Assembly: GCA_963812155.1 (NCBI GenBank)
Contig: CAWETW010000001.1
Coordinates: 256,001-320,000 of the forward strand
From: Vulcanimicrobiota bacterium
GTDB taxonomy: Bacteria; Vulcanimicrobiota; Vulcanimicrobiia; Vulcanimicrobiales; Vulcanimicrobiaceae
Length of the DNA stretch: 64,000 nucleotides
Direction of reading: 5' to 3'
Below are positions 33,009 to 44,825 of this stretch, one piece after another. Under the pieces are notes generated by a model. It worked only from the letters and a program-made list of their open reading frames with translations, did not search any database and had not been told where the DNA came from. The position numbers and the translations under genes are program-made. Positions within the stretch are counted from its first letter, which is position 1, and every line of letters starts with the position of its first letter.

Positions 33009-34503
33009 CGGCGCTTGGGTCCTGTTTGCACTCGTCCTCGCGGTCTGCGTCCTGGGATTTCTGGGCCGCCGATGGGGGAACGCGAACCTCACGGAGATCG
33101 ACGAATGGGCGCTGGGCGGCCGGCGGTTCGGAACGCTCCTGTCGTGGTTTCTGGTGGGCGGCGACATTTACACCGCGTACACGTTCGTTGCCGTCCCGGC
33201 GCTCGTCTACGGGATCGGCGCGCTGGGCTTTTTCCCGCTCTCGCTCAACTTTGTGGCCTATCCGGTTGCGTTCATCTTCCTCGTGCGCTTTTGGGGCATC
33301 GCGCGGCGCCGAGGTTACGTTACCGGCGCCGATTTCGTGCGCGACCGCTTCGGCGACCGCACGCTCGAAATCGCGGTGGCGCTCACCGGCGCGATCGCGC
33401 TCATGCCGTACATCGCGCTGCAGCTCGTCGGCATGCAGGCAGTGTTCGCGCAACTGGGCGGCATCTTCGCGATCGACAAGAGCATGCCGGCGCTCACGAT
33501 CGCCTTCGTGCTGGTCGCCGCCAACACGTACGTCAGCGGCTTGCGTGCGCCGGCGCTGATCGCCGTCGTAAAGGACACCCTCATCTACGTCACCGTGATC
33601 GTCGCCATCACGGTGATCCCGGCCAAACTCGGCGGCTGGCCGCACATCTTCGCTTCGGTGCAGACGGTGCTCGCCGCGCGCCCGAAGCCGGCGTCGGTGC
33701 TGCTCGCGCCGCCGCAATACTTCACCTATGCGACGATGGCGATCGGTTCGGGCATCGCGCTCTTTCTCTATCCAAGTTCGATTACGACCATTCTGGCCGC
33801 GAGCAGTAAGGACGTGTTGCGCCGCAATGCGGTGCTACTGCCGATCTACACGCTGCTCCTCGGATTCCTGGCACTGCTCGGCTACTGCGCGATCGCCTCG
33901 GGAATCACCGTCGCGCACGGCAGCAGCAGCGTCATCCCGCTGCTCTTCGCTCGTTATTTTCCCGGATGGTTCGCCGGCGTGGCGGGTGCCGCCATCGTGA
34001 TCGGCGCGCTCGTGCCGGCCACGATCATGTGCATCGGGGCGGCCAATCTGCTGGCCAGCAACGTCGTGCGCGAGTTCTCGGCCGATCGGAAACCACTGGC
34101 CGTCGGTGCGGTGAAAGGGTTCACGCTGCTGATGAGCGCCGGCGGCCTTCTGTTCGTTTTCTTTTTTCCGGTGACGTTCGCCATCGATTTTCAACTCCTC
34201 GGCGGCTCGCTGATCGTCCAGACGTTTCCGGCCTTTGCCTTGGGACTCTTCACGCGCTGGTTCCATCCCCGCGCGCTGCTTGCGGGATGGGCGGTCGGGA
34301 TCGCCGCAAGTTGCGCGATGGCCTACGCCGCCGGTTTCGCCTCGACGTTCACGATCGACATCTTCGGCGCGCATCTCAACGGATTCATCGCCGTCTACAG
34401 TCTGGTCGCGAACCTCGCGGTCGCAGTCGCCGCGACGCTGCTCTTCCGCGTCTTCGGCGTGCCGGCGGGCAACGACCGGACGCTCGCGGGAGACTACGCG
34501 TGA
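33001..34503 (+). CDS. Sodium:solute symporter (MctP-like monocarboxylate permease)
   Basis: EWALGGRRFG, GGDIYTAYTF, PYIALQLVG, SGLRAPA, LRRNA. Confidence 0.88.
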   Translation: MSSGAWVLFALVLAVCVLGFLGRRWGNANLTEIDEWALGGRRFGTLLSWFLVGGDIYTAYTFVAVPALVYGIGALGFFPLSLNFVAYPVAFIFLVRFWGIARRRGYVTGADFVRDRFGDRTLEIAVALTGAIALMPYIALQLVGMQAVFAQLGGIFAIDKSMPALTIAFVLVAANTYVSGLRAPALIAVVKDTLIYVTVIVAITVIPAKLGGWPHIFASVQTVLAARPKPASVLLAPPQYFTYATMAIGSGIALFLYPSSITTILAASSKDVLRRNAVLLPIYTLLLGFLALLGYCAIASGITVAHGSSSVIPLLFARYFPGWFAGVAGAAIVIGALVPATIMCIGAANLLASNVVREFSADRKPLAVGAVKGFTLLMSAGGLLFVFFFPVTFAIDFQLLGGSLIVQTFPAFALGLFTRWFHPRALLAGWAVGIAASCAMAYAAGFASTFTIDIFGAHLNGFIAVYSLVANLAVAVAATLLFRVFGVPAGNDRTLAGDYA

Positions 34504-34892
34504 GCGAGACGGTCAATCCGCCGCAGTGGCCGCGTCCGAGCGGGTACGCCAACGGCATCGTCGCGCAAGGACGGTTCTTAGCCGTATCCGGACAGATCGG
34601 CTGGAACGAACGGGCCGAGCTCGCCGGGGACGATTTTCTGACGCAGGCCCTGCAGGCGCTGCGCAACGTCGTTGCGGTCGTTCGCGCCGCGGGCGGCGAG
34701 CCCGCGCACGTCGTGCGCTTGACGTGGTACGTCGTCGACACCGACGAGTACCGCGCCGCACTGGCGGGATTGGGACGCGGATACCGCGAGATCTTCGGCG
34801 ATCACTATCCGGCGATGGCGCTCGTATGCGTCGCCGGATTGCTCGAAGCGGGGGCGCGAGTCGAGATCGAAGCGACGGCGATTCTTCCTTGA
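34500..34892 (+). CDS. RidA/YjgF family protein
   Basis: PSGYANG, VSGQIG, HYPAMALV, VEIEATA; GTGA overlap. Confidence 0.88.
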   Translation: MSETVNPPQWPRPSGYANGIVAQGRFLAVSGQIGWNERAELAGDDFLTQALQALRNVVAVVRAAGGEPAHVVRLTWYVVDTDEYRAALAGLGRGYREIFGDHYPAMALVCVAGLLEAGARVEIEATAILP

Positions 34893-34902
34893 ACGCGCGT
34901 CC

Positions 34903-35566
34903 GTGCCGTTAGAAATCGATCATCTCATCATCTGCTGCGATCGCGGCGCTCCCGAAGGGAAAGCGCTGATCGCGCACGGCCTGCTCGAAGGCTCGTCGAA
35001 CGTGCACGCGGGGCAAGGCAGCGCGAACCGGCGCTTCTTCTTCGAAAACGCGTATCTCGAACTCTTATGGATCGACGATCCTGCTGCGGCCAAACGCGAG
35101 CCCGCACGCCGCACGCGCCTGTGGGAACGCTGGCGGCGGCGCGACGCGTCGGCGTGTCCTTTCGGGATCGCATTTCGTCCGCTCGACCCCGCGGCCGAAA
35201 CGTTGCCGCCGTTTCCGACGTGGGCGTATCACGCGCCGTACCTGCCGGCGCAAGTGTCGATCGGCATCGCATTGGCGACGCCGCTGAGCGAGCCGGAGTT
35301 CCTGTACCTTCCGTTTGCCACGCGACCCGATGCCAAAGGTCGCGAGCCAATCGCGCATCCCGCCGGCCTGCGCCAATTGACCGGCGTGCGCATCGGACTT
35401 CCGCCGAGCACCATGCGCTCGCAAGCCGGCGCAAGCGGTTGCCGGTCTCGGATTGCTCGCGTGGTTCGATGCGCCGGCATACGTGATGGAGTTGACGTTC
35501 GGCGAGGGTGCGGCCGGGCGCAGCATCGACTTTCGCCCGGTGCTACCTCTGCTCGTTCATCGGTAG
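34903..35566 (+). CDS. VOC/glyoxalase-like protein (apparent +1 frameshift near 35428)
   Basis: EIDHL, HAGQGSANR, YLELLW; natural end [13 protein letters not shown] is in the adjacent frame. Confidence 0.75.
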
Positions 35567-37192
35567 CGGCTCCCCCGCAGCACGCGAGCGCAGTTTGTAA
35601 CGCTGCAGTTTGCCGGTTTCGGTACGCGGCAGTTCGGCGACGAACTCGATCTCGCGGGGCGTCTTGAACGGTGCGATGCGTTCGTTGCAAAACGCCTGCA
35701 GTTCGCGAACCTTCGTCTCCCCGGGCGCAGCTGCACCGTCGAGCACGACGAAAGCCTTGACGATCTGCGTCTGCTTCTCCGCATGCGCCTTGCCGACGAC
35801 GGCAACTTCTTTGACGTCGGCGTGCGCGATGAGGACTTGCTCCACTTCCGGGCCCGAAATGTTGTATCCGGCCGACACGATCATGTCGTCGGTGCGCGCG
35901 ACGTACCAGAGGTACCCGTCCGCGTCGGCCCGATAGGCGTCGCCCGGATAGTTCCAGCCGTTCTGCACGTAGCTGTGCTGGCGCTCGTCGTCGAGGTATT
36001 TACACCCCGTCGGCCCTTTGACGGCTAATCGTCCGACGCTGCCTTCGGGCACTGGACGGCCGTCCTCGCCGTGAACTTCGGCAACGTAACCGGGAACCGC
36101 GCGGCCGGTCGCGCCCGGACGAATTTCCGGCTCGGGCGAACCGACGAAGATGTGGAGCATCTCGGTGCTGCCGATACCGTCGAGAATCTTCAACCCGGTC
36201 TTATCGCGCCACGCCTCCCACACCGCCAACGGAAGCGTCTCGCCGGCCGAGACGCACGAGCGCAGCGTCGAAAGATCGTACCGATCGGCGGCGGCGCACA
36301 TCGTGCGATAGGCGATCGGCGCGGTAAATGCCGTGGTCGCACCGTACTCGGCGACGGCGCGCAGTAAGTCTTCCGGCCCGGCTTTCTCCAACTGCAGCGT
36401 CGCGGCGCCCACGGAAAACGGAAAGAGCACGTGACCGCCCAGACCGAACGTAAATCCAAGCGGAGCGCTGCCGCAAAAGAGATCGCTCGGCCGCGGCTGC
36501 AACACGCGCGCGCCGTAACTGTCGCAGGTGGCCAGAATATCGCGATGATAGTGCATCGCCGCCTTGGGCTTTCCGGTCGTTCCCGAGGTGAAGGCGATCA
36601 GGGCGACGTCCTCGGCCGCCGTCGCAACGGCTTGGAACGCATCCGGTTGCCGCGCCATCGCCGCTTCCAGCTCGGAGTCGCCCTCGGAACCGAACGTCAC
36701 GGTGGCGATGCCCTCGGCTCCATCGCAGGCCTTCGAGAGGTCATCGAACAGCCGGACGTCGCACAGCGCGAGCGTCACGCGCGCCTTTTCGAGAATGACG
36801 CGAAGTTCGGTCGAGCGGTAGAGCGGCATCGTGGTGACCGCAATGCCGCCCGCTTTCAGGACCGCCAGCCAGCAGGCAACGAGCATCGGCGTATTCGGCG
36901 CGCGCAAGAGCACGCGGTTTCCCGGGCGCAGACCGTAGCGCACCGTGAGCGCGTTGGCGATCCGGTTCACCGTCTCGAAGAGCCGGCGGTACGTCCAACT
37001 GACGCCGCCGGGCGCGACGATGCAGCGCCGTTCGCCGTTGCCGATCTCGAGATTGCGGTCGAGCAGCCAGGCCGCCGCGTTGATGCTTTCGGGATACGGC
37101 GTTTCCGCAAGCGTGAAGAGCTGTTCCGGCATCGCGTCGCGCGCCGGCAAGTGGCGTTCGGCGAATTCGTCGACGTGACCGGTATGCTTCAC
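35543..37192 (-). CDS. Aryl-CoA ligase (2-aminobenzoate-CoA ligase-like)
   Basis: [40 protein letters not shown]; family-type N-terminus GHVDEFA...LP. Confidence 0.88.
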   Translation of the reverse strand: MKHTGHVDEFAERHLPARDAMPEQLFTLAETPYPESINAAAWLLDRNLEIGNGERRCIVAPGGVSWTYRRLFETVNRIANALTVRYGLRPGNRVLLRAPNTPMLVACWLAVLKAGGIAVTTMPLYRSTELRVILEKARVTLALCDVRLFDDLSKACDGAEGIATVTFGSEGDSELEAAMARQPDAFQAVATAAEDVALIAFTSGTTGKPKAAMHYHRDILATCDSYGARVLQPRPSDLFCGSAPLGFTFGLGGHVLFPFSVGAATLQLEKAGPEDLLRAVAEYGATTAFTAPIAYRTMCAAADRYDLSTLRSCVSAGETLPLAVWEAWRDKTGLKILDGIGSTEMLHIFVGSPEPEIRPGATGRAVPGYVAEVHGEDGRPVPEGSVGRLAVKGPTGCKYLDDERQHSYVQNGWNYPGDAYRADADGYLWYVARTDDMIVSAGYNISGPEVEQVLIAHADVKEVAVVGKAHAEKQTQIVKAFVVLDGAAAPGETKVRELQAFCNERIAPFKTPREIEFVAELPRTETGKLQRYKLRSRAAGEPLPMNEQR

Positions 37193-38349
37193 GGCGCGGG
37201 AACGCGTGCCAGCATCTGCTTGGCGATGACTTGCTGCTGGATCTCGCTGGCGCCTTCGTAAATGCGCAGCGCGCGTACGTCGCGATAGAGCCTCTCGACG
37301 ATCTCGCCCCGCGTCACCCCGCGCCCTCCGAAGAGCTGCACGGCACGGTCGCAAATGCGCCCGGCCGCTTCGGTGGCAAACCACTTTGCCATCGCCGCTT
37401 CGGCGGTGACCCGCGCCGCGCCCGAATCTTTCGTCCACGCCGCGCGATACACCAGGAGCGCGGCCGCGTCGGCATCGGTCGCCATGCCGGCGATGGCCGC
37501 CTGCGTCAGCTGCAGCGACGCCAGCGGCGCGCCGAACAGTTTTCGGGAGCTCACGTGCGCGAGGGTTTCGTCGAGCGCGCGGCGCGCGAATCCGACCGCG
37601 GCGGCGCCCACCGTACTGCGGAAAACGTCGAGCACCGACATCGCGACTTTGAACCCTTCGCCTTCTTCACCGATCCGTTGCGACGCGGGGACGCGAACGC
37701 CGTCGAACCGCAGCGTCCCCAGCGGATGCGGTGAGATCGTTTCGATTCGCTCCGAAACGACAAGGCCGGCAGCGTCTGCCTCCACGACGAACGCGGACAG
37801 GCCGCGCGTACCGGCCGCGCCCGTTCGCGCGAACACGACGTAGAAATCCGCCAAGCCGGCATTCGAGATCCACGTCTTCTCGCCATCGAGCACGTAGGCG
37901 TCGCCGTCGCGGGCGGCGCGGCTGGCGATCGCCGCGACGTCGGACCCGGCCTCCCGTTCCGAGAGCGCAAACGCTGCAATCGCCCGGCCTTGCGCGACCG
38001 CCGGAAGAAAGCGCCGCTGCAACTCCGCCGATCCAAAGAGCGTCAGCGCCCCGCTGCCGAGACCCTGCATCGCAAATGCGAAGTCGGCAAACGCGCTGCG
38101 GTAGGCGAGCGCTTCGCGCGCGAGACAGAGCGTCCGCACGTCGAGCGCGGTGCGCACGCCGCCGTAGAAATCGGTAACGCAGGCGCGCAGGATGCCGGCG
38201 CCGGCGAGCTCGCGCACCCATGCGCGGCAACTTGCGTCGGCATCGTGCTCGTCGTCGAGCGCGCCGGCGCTTTTAGCAAACCCTTCGACCAGCGCCGCGA
38301 ACGCGCGGTGCTCCTCATCGAAAAACGGCCACGCCAGCGCGCCGTTCAA
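37189..38349 (-). CDS. Acyl-CoA dehydrogenase
   Basis: [40 protein letters not shown] start. Confidence 0.88.
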   Translation of the reverse strand: MNGALAWPFFDEEHRAFAALVEGFAKSAGALDDEHDADASCRAWVRELAGAGILRACVTDFYGGVRTALDVRTLCLAREALAYRSAFADFAFAMQGLGSGALTLFGSAELQRRFLPAVAQGRAIAAFALSEREAGSDVAAIASRAARDGDAYVLDGEKTWISNAGLADFYVVFARTGAAGTRGLSAFVVEADAAGLVVSERIETISPHPLGTLRFDGVRVPASQRIGEEGEGFKVAMSVLDVFRSTVGAAAVGFARRALDETLAHVSSRKLFGAPLASLQLTQAAIAGMATDADAAALLVYRAAWTKDSGAARVTAEAAMAKWFATEAAGRICDRAVQLFGGRGVTRGEIVERLYRDVRALRIYEGASEIQQQVIAKQMLARVPAP

Positions 38350-39137
38350 TTCCCTTCGAACTCCGGTGCGCGCTTCGCAGCGAACGCTTCGTAGGCGCGG
38401 CGGAAGTCGCTCGACTGCATGCACTCCGCCTGGGCTCGCGCTTCCGCATCGATGGCTTCGTCGAGCGGAAGCGCCCACTCGCGATGCAGCATGCGTTTGG
38501 TCGTGGCATGCGCGAGCGTCGGGCCGCTCGCGATCGCCGCCGCCCACGCTCGCGCGCGCGCGAGCAGATCGGCGGGCTCGCAGAGTTCGTTGTAAAATCC
38601 CCACTCCAGTGCGCGCTCGCCGGGCATCGCCTCACCCGTGTAGAGCAGCTGCGACGCGCGTCCGAGCCCGACGATGCGCGGCAACATCGCGCACGCCCCC
38701 ATGTCGGCGCCCGACAAGCCCACGCGCACGAACAGAAAGGCCACCTTCGAACGGCGCGTGCCGAAGCGGATGTCGGAAGCCATCGCCAAAATCGCGCCGG
38801 CGCCGGCGCAGGTTCCGTCGATCGCCGCAACGATCGGCTGCGGACACGCACGCATCGCCTTGACGAGATCGCCGGTCATCTGCGTGAACTCGAGGAGCTC
38901 TTGGGGCGTAGCGCCCGTCAGCGGACCGATGATGTCGTGCACGTCGCCGCCGGAACAGAAGTGTTCGCCGGCGCCCGTCAGCACGATCGCCGCGACCGTT
39001 GGGTCGTGCCGTCGTTGCCCGAACCAGTCGCGCAACTCCGCGTACAGCGCGAACGTCAGCGGATTGCGCCGTTCGGGCCGATCGAGCGTCACGGTCGCGA
39101 CGCGACCGGCCATTTCGTAACGCGCTTGCGTGGACAC
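38346..39137 (-). CDS. Enoyl-CoA hydratase family protein
   Basis: [38 protein letters not shown]. Confidence 0.9.
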   Translation of the reverse strand: MSTQARYEMAGRVATVTLDRPERRNPLTFALYAELRDWFGQRRHDPTVAAIVLTGAGEHFCSGGDVHDIIGPLTGATPQELLEFTQMTGDLVKAMRACPQPIVAAIDGTCAGAGAILAMASDIRFGTRRSKVAFLFVRVGLSGADMGACAMLPRIVGLGRASQLLYTGEAMPGERALEWGFYNELCEPADLLARARAWAAAIASGPTLAHATTKRMLHREWALPLDEAIDAEARAQAECMQSSDFRRAYEAFAAKRAPEFEGN

Positions 39138-39148
39138 TGCCCAACCCT

Positions 39149-39589
39149 TTATCGAATTTGAAACGGAAGGTCCTGTTCGAACTCGATTCCGGCGCTGTTA
39201 CGGGCGATCACCCGCAGGCGATAGGGCCGGATGAAGATCGGCGGTGCGTCGAGGACGTCGAGCTGGAACGCAAAACGGCCGGCTCCGGTGTGCGGCACGT
39301 CGATAGAGAACAAGTTCGTGCGCACCTCGATGCTGGCGACGTTCGTGCTCGTGACGAACTCACCCGAAAAACGTTCGCCCCGGCGCACGTCGAGCGACGA
39401 GAAGTGCATGCCGAGAATTTGCGGCAGCGCATCTCGCGATGCGACGCGCGGCGTCGGTAACGCGCGCGTCGCGCCGATCTCGACGCCGGCCGGCACGCCG
39501 GGAAGATGTGACGCACAACCGAGCGCAGCCGCCACGAACGCGAGTGCGGCGGCTCCGAACATCGCCGGACGTGCGCCGGACGCGTGCAT
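39149..39589 (-). CDS. Hypothetical lipoprotein
   Basis: Hydrophobic stretch ending ALGC; beta-rich C-terminal part; start uncertain. Confidence 0.55.
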   Translation of the reverse strand: MHASGARPAMFGAAALAFVAAALGCASHLPGVPAGVEIGATRALPTPRVASRDALPQILGMHFSSLDVRRGERFSGEFVTSTNVASIEVRTNLFSIDVPHTGAGRFAFQLDVLDAPPIFIRPYRLRVIARNSAGIEFEQDLPFQIR

Positions 39590-39668
39590 CACGCAAGTGA
39601 GGTAGCGGCACGGCGACGGTTTTCCTGCCGCAGAGGGCGCTCCCGCCGCTTGCGCGTAAGGCCATCCC

Positions 39669-40710
39669 ATGCACGGCGTCCGGACCGCTCCTCGCAGTGT
39701 TGCGTTCGATTATGCCGTGGGCGCGTGTTGCGTTTGGGTTTCCGGCGGTTTCTTTCTCGACGCGTGGGCGCACGGCCACGTGCCCGTCGAATCGTTCTTC
39801 ACGCCGTATCACGCGGCATTTTACTCGGGCATGCTTGCGCTCATGCTCGTCTTCGCCGGATTTGCGGCGCGCAACCACAACCGCGGGTATGCCTGGGGCG
39901 ACGCTCTTCCGCGGCCGTATCGCGTCGCACTCATCGGCATTCCGATTTTCATCGGCGCCGCTTTCGGCGACATGCTGTGGCACCGGCTGCTCGGACTCGA
40001 GGAAGGCGTCGACGCACTCTTGAGCCCGACCCATCAAATTCTCGGGCTCGGCATTTTCTTTCTCGCCAGCGGCCCGATCCGCAGCGTGCTCGCCGACCGG
40101 GCGCGCTCGACGACGCTGGCGCTGCAGGCGCCGCTCGCGCTCGGCCTGGCGACGTGGCTGCTTGCTGGCGCACTTCGGCACCGCTTACGCGATCGATCCC
40201 GCCGGCGGCCGCAGCGACGCACCGCCGCCGATCGCGCCGTTCACGCCCGACTATCTCACGGCGCTGAGCATCGGCTATTACAAAGTCTCGGTCGGCGTGC
40301 TCGTCATGATTTTCCAGAGCGCGCTGATCGGCGGCTTCGCGATCTGGACCGTATCGCGACTTCGTCCCGCGCCCGGCATGTTCACGCTGCTCTACGTCGT
40401 AGGCGGGCTTCCGCCGGCGGCCGCCTTCACCAACCATTCGAACCTGCTCGCCGTCGCCGCGGCGCAAGCGCTGCTGACCGGCATCGTCGCCGACGTCTTC
40501 GTTGCCCGGCGCGATCCGCGTCCCGAACGCGTCGCAGTCTTTCGTACGTTTGCAGCGACGGTTCCGATGACGTACTGCGGCGTCTACTTGGTCGTGACGG
40601 CACTGCGCGGCGGCTTGTGGTGGGATTGGAACATCGCATTGGGCACGTGGCTGTGGTCGGGCGTCGTGGGCTACGTGCTCAGCCTGCTGGCGTCCGCGCG
40701 CCGGGCGTGA
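39669..40710 (+). CDS. Hypothetical polytopic membrane protein (apparent +1 frameshift near 40162)
   Basis: LDAWAH, ESFFTPYH, DMLWH, LLSPTH; continues in ORF 40162..40710. Confidence 0.7.
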
Positions 40711-42236
40711 CGCCGGCTCGCACGCTGCCGGTCTGCGCGGCGCTGCTGCACCTCGCGACGTCGTGGCGTTACGGCTACTTTCGCGACGAACTCTACTTTA
40801 TCGCCTGCGCCAAACATCTCGCGTGGGGATACGTCGACCAGCCGCCTTTCGTTGCGCTGGCGGCATGGCTTTCCGCGCCGGCGGGTTACCATCTCGTCGC
40901 ATTGCGCCTGCTGCCGGCGCTGGCGGCCGGCGCGACCGTCTACGTCGCGATTGCACTCGCGCGAGAACTCGGCGGCGGACGGTACGCGGCGCTCCTCACG
41001 GGCATCGCGACGATGCTGCTCCCGGCATACTTGCTGCTCGGCAACGTGTTGACGACGACGTCGTTCGAGCCGCTGTCGTGGACGCTGACGATCTACGCCG
41101 CGCTGCGAATCGTTCGCGCACGTTCCGAAAACGCACGCCGCTGGTGGCTGCTGCTCGCGGGCGCGCTCGTCTTCGGAGCGTACGGCAAGTATTCGATCGG
41201 GCTGCTCGCCGCCGCGCTGGTCGCCGGCACGTTGCTGACGCCGCAACGGCGCGCGCTCGCGTCGCCGTGGCCGTGGGCGGTTGCCGGCATCGTGGGGCTG
41301 TGTCTCCTTCCCAATCTCGTGTGGCAAGGCGCGCACGGCTGGCCCTTCGTCGAGGTGCTGCGCGGCGACGCGACGCACCGCCCTGCGCTCCAAATCGGGG
41401 CCGCACTGGAGTTCACGGATCTCGCGCGCAATGCCGCGGCCTTCATCCTGGAACAGGTGGTGTATACGAACGTTTTTGCGGTTCCGATCTGGATTGCCGG
41501 GATCGTCGCGCCGTTTCGGGTGAGCGCGCTGCGCGATCTGCGCTTCGTGCCGATTGCCTATGCCCTAGTCGCCGTTACGGCGGTGGCATTGGGCGCCAAA
41601 GGCTACTACGTCATCGGCATCTACGCGTCGCTCGTCGCGATCGGAGCGGTCGCGCTGGAGCGCGCGGCCGCGGCCTGGCGCGTTGCACTACCGTCGGCAC
41701 TGCTGCTGACGGCCGCTGTGGCGTTACCGCTGTCGTTGCCGATCCTGCCGGTCGACGGGCTGATCGCCTATTCGCAACGGCTCGGTTTGACGGGCCGGGG
41801 CGGGACGCCGCCGCATCTCGTGCAGCCGGTCTTCGCCGAAGAGTTCGGCTGGGAACGATTGGCGCGTGACGTCGCCGCCGTCTACCGGTCTCTGCCGCCG
41901 CGCGTGCGAGCGGAGACGGCGGTGTATGCCGACACCTACGGCGACGCCGGAGCGCTCGATTTCTACGGTCCGCGCTTCGGATTACCACCCGTCATCTCGA
42001 GTCAAAATTCGTACTATCTCTGGGGCACGCGCGGCTACGACGGGCGCACGATGGTGGCGGTCGGGGCGACGCGCATCGATCTGTTGCGCGCGTTCTATCG
42101 CCACGTGACGCTGGTGCGCACCTCGAGCGAACCCTACAAGTGGATCGTCGAAGGGCCGGCGCCGATCTATCTCTGCCGCGACCCCGTCGCGCCGCTGACG
42201 ACGATCTGGCCGCATTTGCGCTGGTACGGCGCCTAA
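40707..42236 (+). CDS. GT-C glycosyltransferase (family 39/ArnT-like)
   Basis: YGYFRDELYF, WGYVDQPP, PNLVWQ, AEEFGW, YGDAGA, NSYYLWG; GTGA overlap. Confidence 0.85.
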   Translation: MTPARTLPVCAALLHLATSWRYGYFRDELYFIACAKHLAWGYVDQPPFVALAAWLSAPAGYHLVALRLLPALAAGATVYVAIALARELGGGRYAALLTGIATMLLPAYLLLGNVLTTTSFEPLSWTLTIYAALRIVRARSENARRWWLLLAGALVFGAYGKYSIGLLAAALVAGTLLTPQRRALASPWPWAVAGIVGLCLLPNLVWQGAHGWPFVEVLRGDATHRPALQIGAALEFTDLARNAAAFILEQVVYTNVFAVPIWIAGIVAPFRVSALRDLRFVPIAYALVAVTAVALGAKGYYVIGIYASLVAIGAVALERAAAAWRVALPSALLLTAAVALPLSLPILPVDGLIAYSQRLGLTGRGGTPPHLVQPVFAEEFGWERLARDVAAVYRSLPPRVRAETAVYADTYGDAGALDFYGPRFGLPPVISSQNSYYLWGTRGYDGRTMVAVGATRIDLLRAFYRHVTLVRTSSEPYKWIVEGPAPIYLCRDPVAPLTTIWPHLRWYGA

Positions 42237-42260
42237 CGACCGCGGGCACTTGCCCGCGAC

Positions 42261-44005
42261 ATGAACGATTCCTCGCAACAATCCGGCTTCACCCTCGCGG
42301 AAACGGTTGTCACGCTCGGGCTGCTCGCACTCTTCGCCGGGGGCGTGGTATGGATGCTCGGCTCGCATCCCGGTTCGCTGGCGCGGGCGACCGCCGATTT
42401 CGATGCGGCGCTGACGAGCGCGCGTGCGATCGCAGCGACCAGCGGCAACGGTGCGACCGTCGTTTTCCTGCCGCGCGGCAACCCGTCGCACGCGTTGGCC
42501 GGATTCACGCTGCGCGTCTTTAGCGGACGTCCCACCGCGGCCAGCGAGGTTCGCGCCGACACGGTGATGCCCGTGACATCCGACGCCGGCGTTTCCGAGA
42601 CGACGCTCGGCTCGCCGCCGTTCTCGCTCTTTTTCGGCGCGTCGGGCGACGTGAGCGGAGCGAGCCGTTATCCGCAAACCGATGCGCACGGCGACGTACG
42701 CTTTCCCGCGATCGCAATCGAGCCGCCGTGTCCGCGCGCCGGGTTCGTCCTCACGTTCGTCAGCGCCCAGCATACGGTAACGCGCCGCCTGCCGTGCGCG
42801 TCGCCGGTGGCCGCGACCGCCGCTCCCAATCCTTCGCCGACGCCGAACGTGCCGCTGATCACGCCCGCGCAGCTGCAGTATCGTTGGCCGGCCGACGCGC
42901 GTCAAACGTTCGTGGCGACCGAGTGGGGGTATACGCATTGGTTTGCCGCCGATGGTTTTGCGTGCGGTAGCGGGGTCGCCGAATTCCCCAACGTCTTGCC
43001 GTCGCCCTACTCGCCGCCGTACGACGCGCACGAAGGCGACGCCACGCCGCCGCCTCCGCCGCATGCGCCGTATTCGTATCCCAACTCGCGGCGGTCAAAG
43101 CATGAACGATGCGCCGGCGCCGTTCCCGCTCGATCCGGTGCGCGAGGGCCTCTGCACTGCGACGGTGGTCGACGCTTGGGGACAGCCCGCGCGCGTCGCG
43201 GTAGACGTCATGGGATGGCTCACGGCGTCGTATGGCGGCAACGCGTACACGCATCGCTCGCGCCGCACGCTTTCGCTGCCGGCGACGACGTTTCCGAACA
43301 AAGGCGCGACGGTAACGATCGCGCTCTCGAAAACCTACGACGCGCAACCGCTGCAGGGACTGGTCGAGTTCGACGGAGCGTGTTCGCCGTATCTGTCGTT
43401 TGCAAGCCTGCCGGGCAAGACGCCGCCTTCACCGGCTCCGGCGCCGGCGACCGCCGCCGTTACGCTGACGCTCGTCACACAGCCCGCAGCGAAGACGCGA
43501 TGCGGCGGCGTCATCTACGATCAGTACGCGGGCGCGCTCGGCGGCGAAGGCATTCCGTTTAACGCGACGCTCGGCGCGCAACGCTGCGCGAACGAGCGCA
43601 ACGTGTGGCAGGGTCCGGCCGACGGTGCGTGTTACGACTTATACTTCGTCGTCACCGGCACGACGCAGACCGGCGGCTGGACCGAAGAAAGCGTGATGGG
43701 CGTGTACGCGCCCCACGGGACGCCGGGTATGTCGATCTACAGCTGGATCGTCGACGACGGCGTCTGTTCGGTGCGCAACTCCGGCGGCGTCGGCTTCGCG
43801 CAGTGGGGCGTTCTTCTCGGCAACGGCGACCCCACGCCGCCGCCGGTCGCGACGCCGCAGCCGATGCGCGAATCAAGCCGGGTTCGGAGTGACCTTTGCG
43901 TCGGACACGGTTGCCGTCACGTCGGCGCCCGACCCGAACCCGACGCGTCCGCCGCCGCTGCAGTGCGGTTCCGGCGGAATCCCGACGCCGAGCCCGCCGC
44001 CGTAG
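42261..44005 (+). CDS. Large prepilin-type N-terminal cleavage/methylation domain protein (two apparent +1 frameshifts near 43089 and 43875)
   Basis: QSG|FTLAE plus hydrophobic helix; Cys- and Pro-rich extracellular body reconstructed across three frames. Confidence 0.65.
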
Positions 44006-44023
44006 TACCCGGTTTAGGCCGCG

Positions 44024-44066
44024 CTTCGACTTCGCGTGCTGCGGCACGCTGCGCTCAGCGTGACAC
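44024..44066. repeat. REP-like dispersed repeat between convergent genes
   Basis: CTTCGAC-TTC-GCGTGC-TGCG-GCACGC-TGCGCTCAGCGTGACAC. Confidence 0.7.
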
Positions 44067-44072
44067 ACATGA

Positions 44073-44825
44073 CTACGCTTCGGAGCCGCCGGGAACGACG
44101 ATTGCCACGCCGTTGCGCGAACCCGCGACCAAATCGAACACGGCTTGCGCGACCTCCTCGACGCTTGCGATGCGACCGAGCGGATTTGTTTGTGCGAGCC
44201 GCGCGCGCGCCCCGTGCTCGTCGGCGCCGGTGTGCTTCGACACGTTCGCAATCGCTTTGCGCATCATGTCGGTTTCGGTATAGCCGGGGCAAACGGCGTT
44301 GGCGGTGATGCCGGTGCCGTCGAACTCGGCGGCAATCGCGCGCGTGAACCCGACGACGCCGTGTTTGCTCGCGCAATACGCCGCCAAGTAGGCCGCGCCG
44401 GCGAGCCCGGCGGTGCTCGCGACGTTGACGATGCGGCCCCACTTCGCGACGATCATGTCTTCGACGGCCGCACGCGTACACAGAAACGTGCCGGTCAGGT
44501 TGGTCGCGACGATCTGGTTCCACATCGGCAGGCTGGTCCGGAACAGCGGCGCCGATTCGGCGATGCCGGAGTTGTTGACGAGCACGGCAATCGGACCGTT
44601 TGCATCGCGGCACGCATCCAACGCGGCGGCGACTTGCGCTTCGTCGGTGACGTCGCCTTCGACGCGAAAGAGCCGTTCGTCGTGATGCGGTGCGCGCGCA
44701 GAACGGCTGACGACGCTCACACGCAAGCCGCGGTCGGCAAACAACGCGGCAATGCCCAAGCCGATGCCGCGCGCTCCGCCGGTGACGACCGCGTGTTTCC
44801 CGCGCAGCCCGTCGTCAGATGGCAC
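44073..44825 (-). CDS. SDR family oxidoreductase
   Basis: [24 protein letters not shown]. Confidence 0.9.
   Translation of the reverse strand: MPSDDGLRGKHAVVTGGARGIGLGIAALFADRGLRVSVVSRSARAPHHDERLFRVEGDVTDEAQVAAALDACRDANGPIAVLVNNSGIAESAPLFRTSLPMWNQIVATNLTGTFLCTRAAVEDMIVAKWGRIVNVASTAGLAGAAYLAAYCASKHGVVGFTRAIAAEFDGTGITANAVCPGYTETDMMRKAIANVSKHTGADEHGARARLAQTNPLGRIASVEEVAQAVFDLVAGSRNGVAIVVPGGSEA

Noticed and set aside
39669..42236. 855-aa membrane protein-glycosyltransferase fusion ORF
   Set aside because: The middle section is Arg-rich off-frame text; the proper frame (40162..40710) ends at a GTGA overlap.
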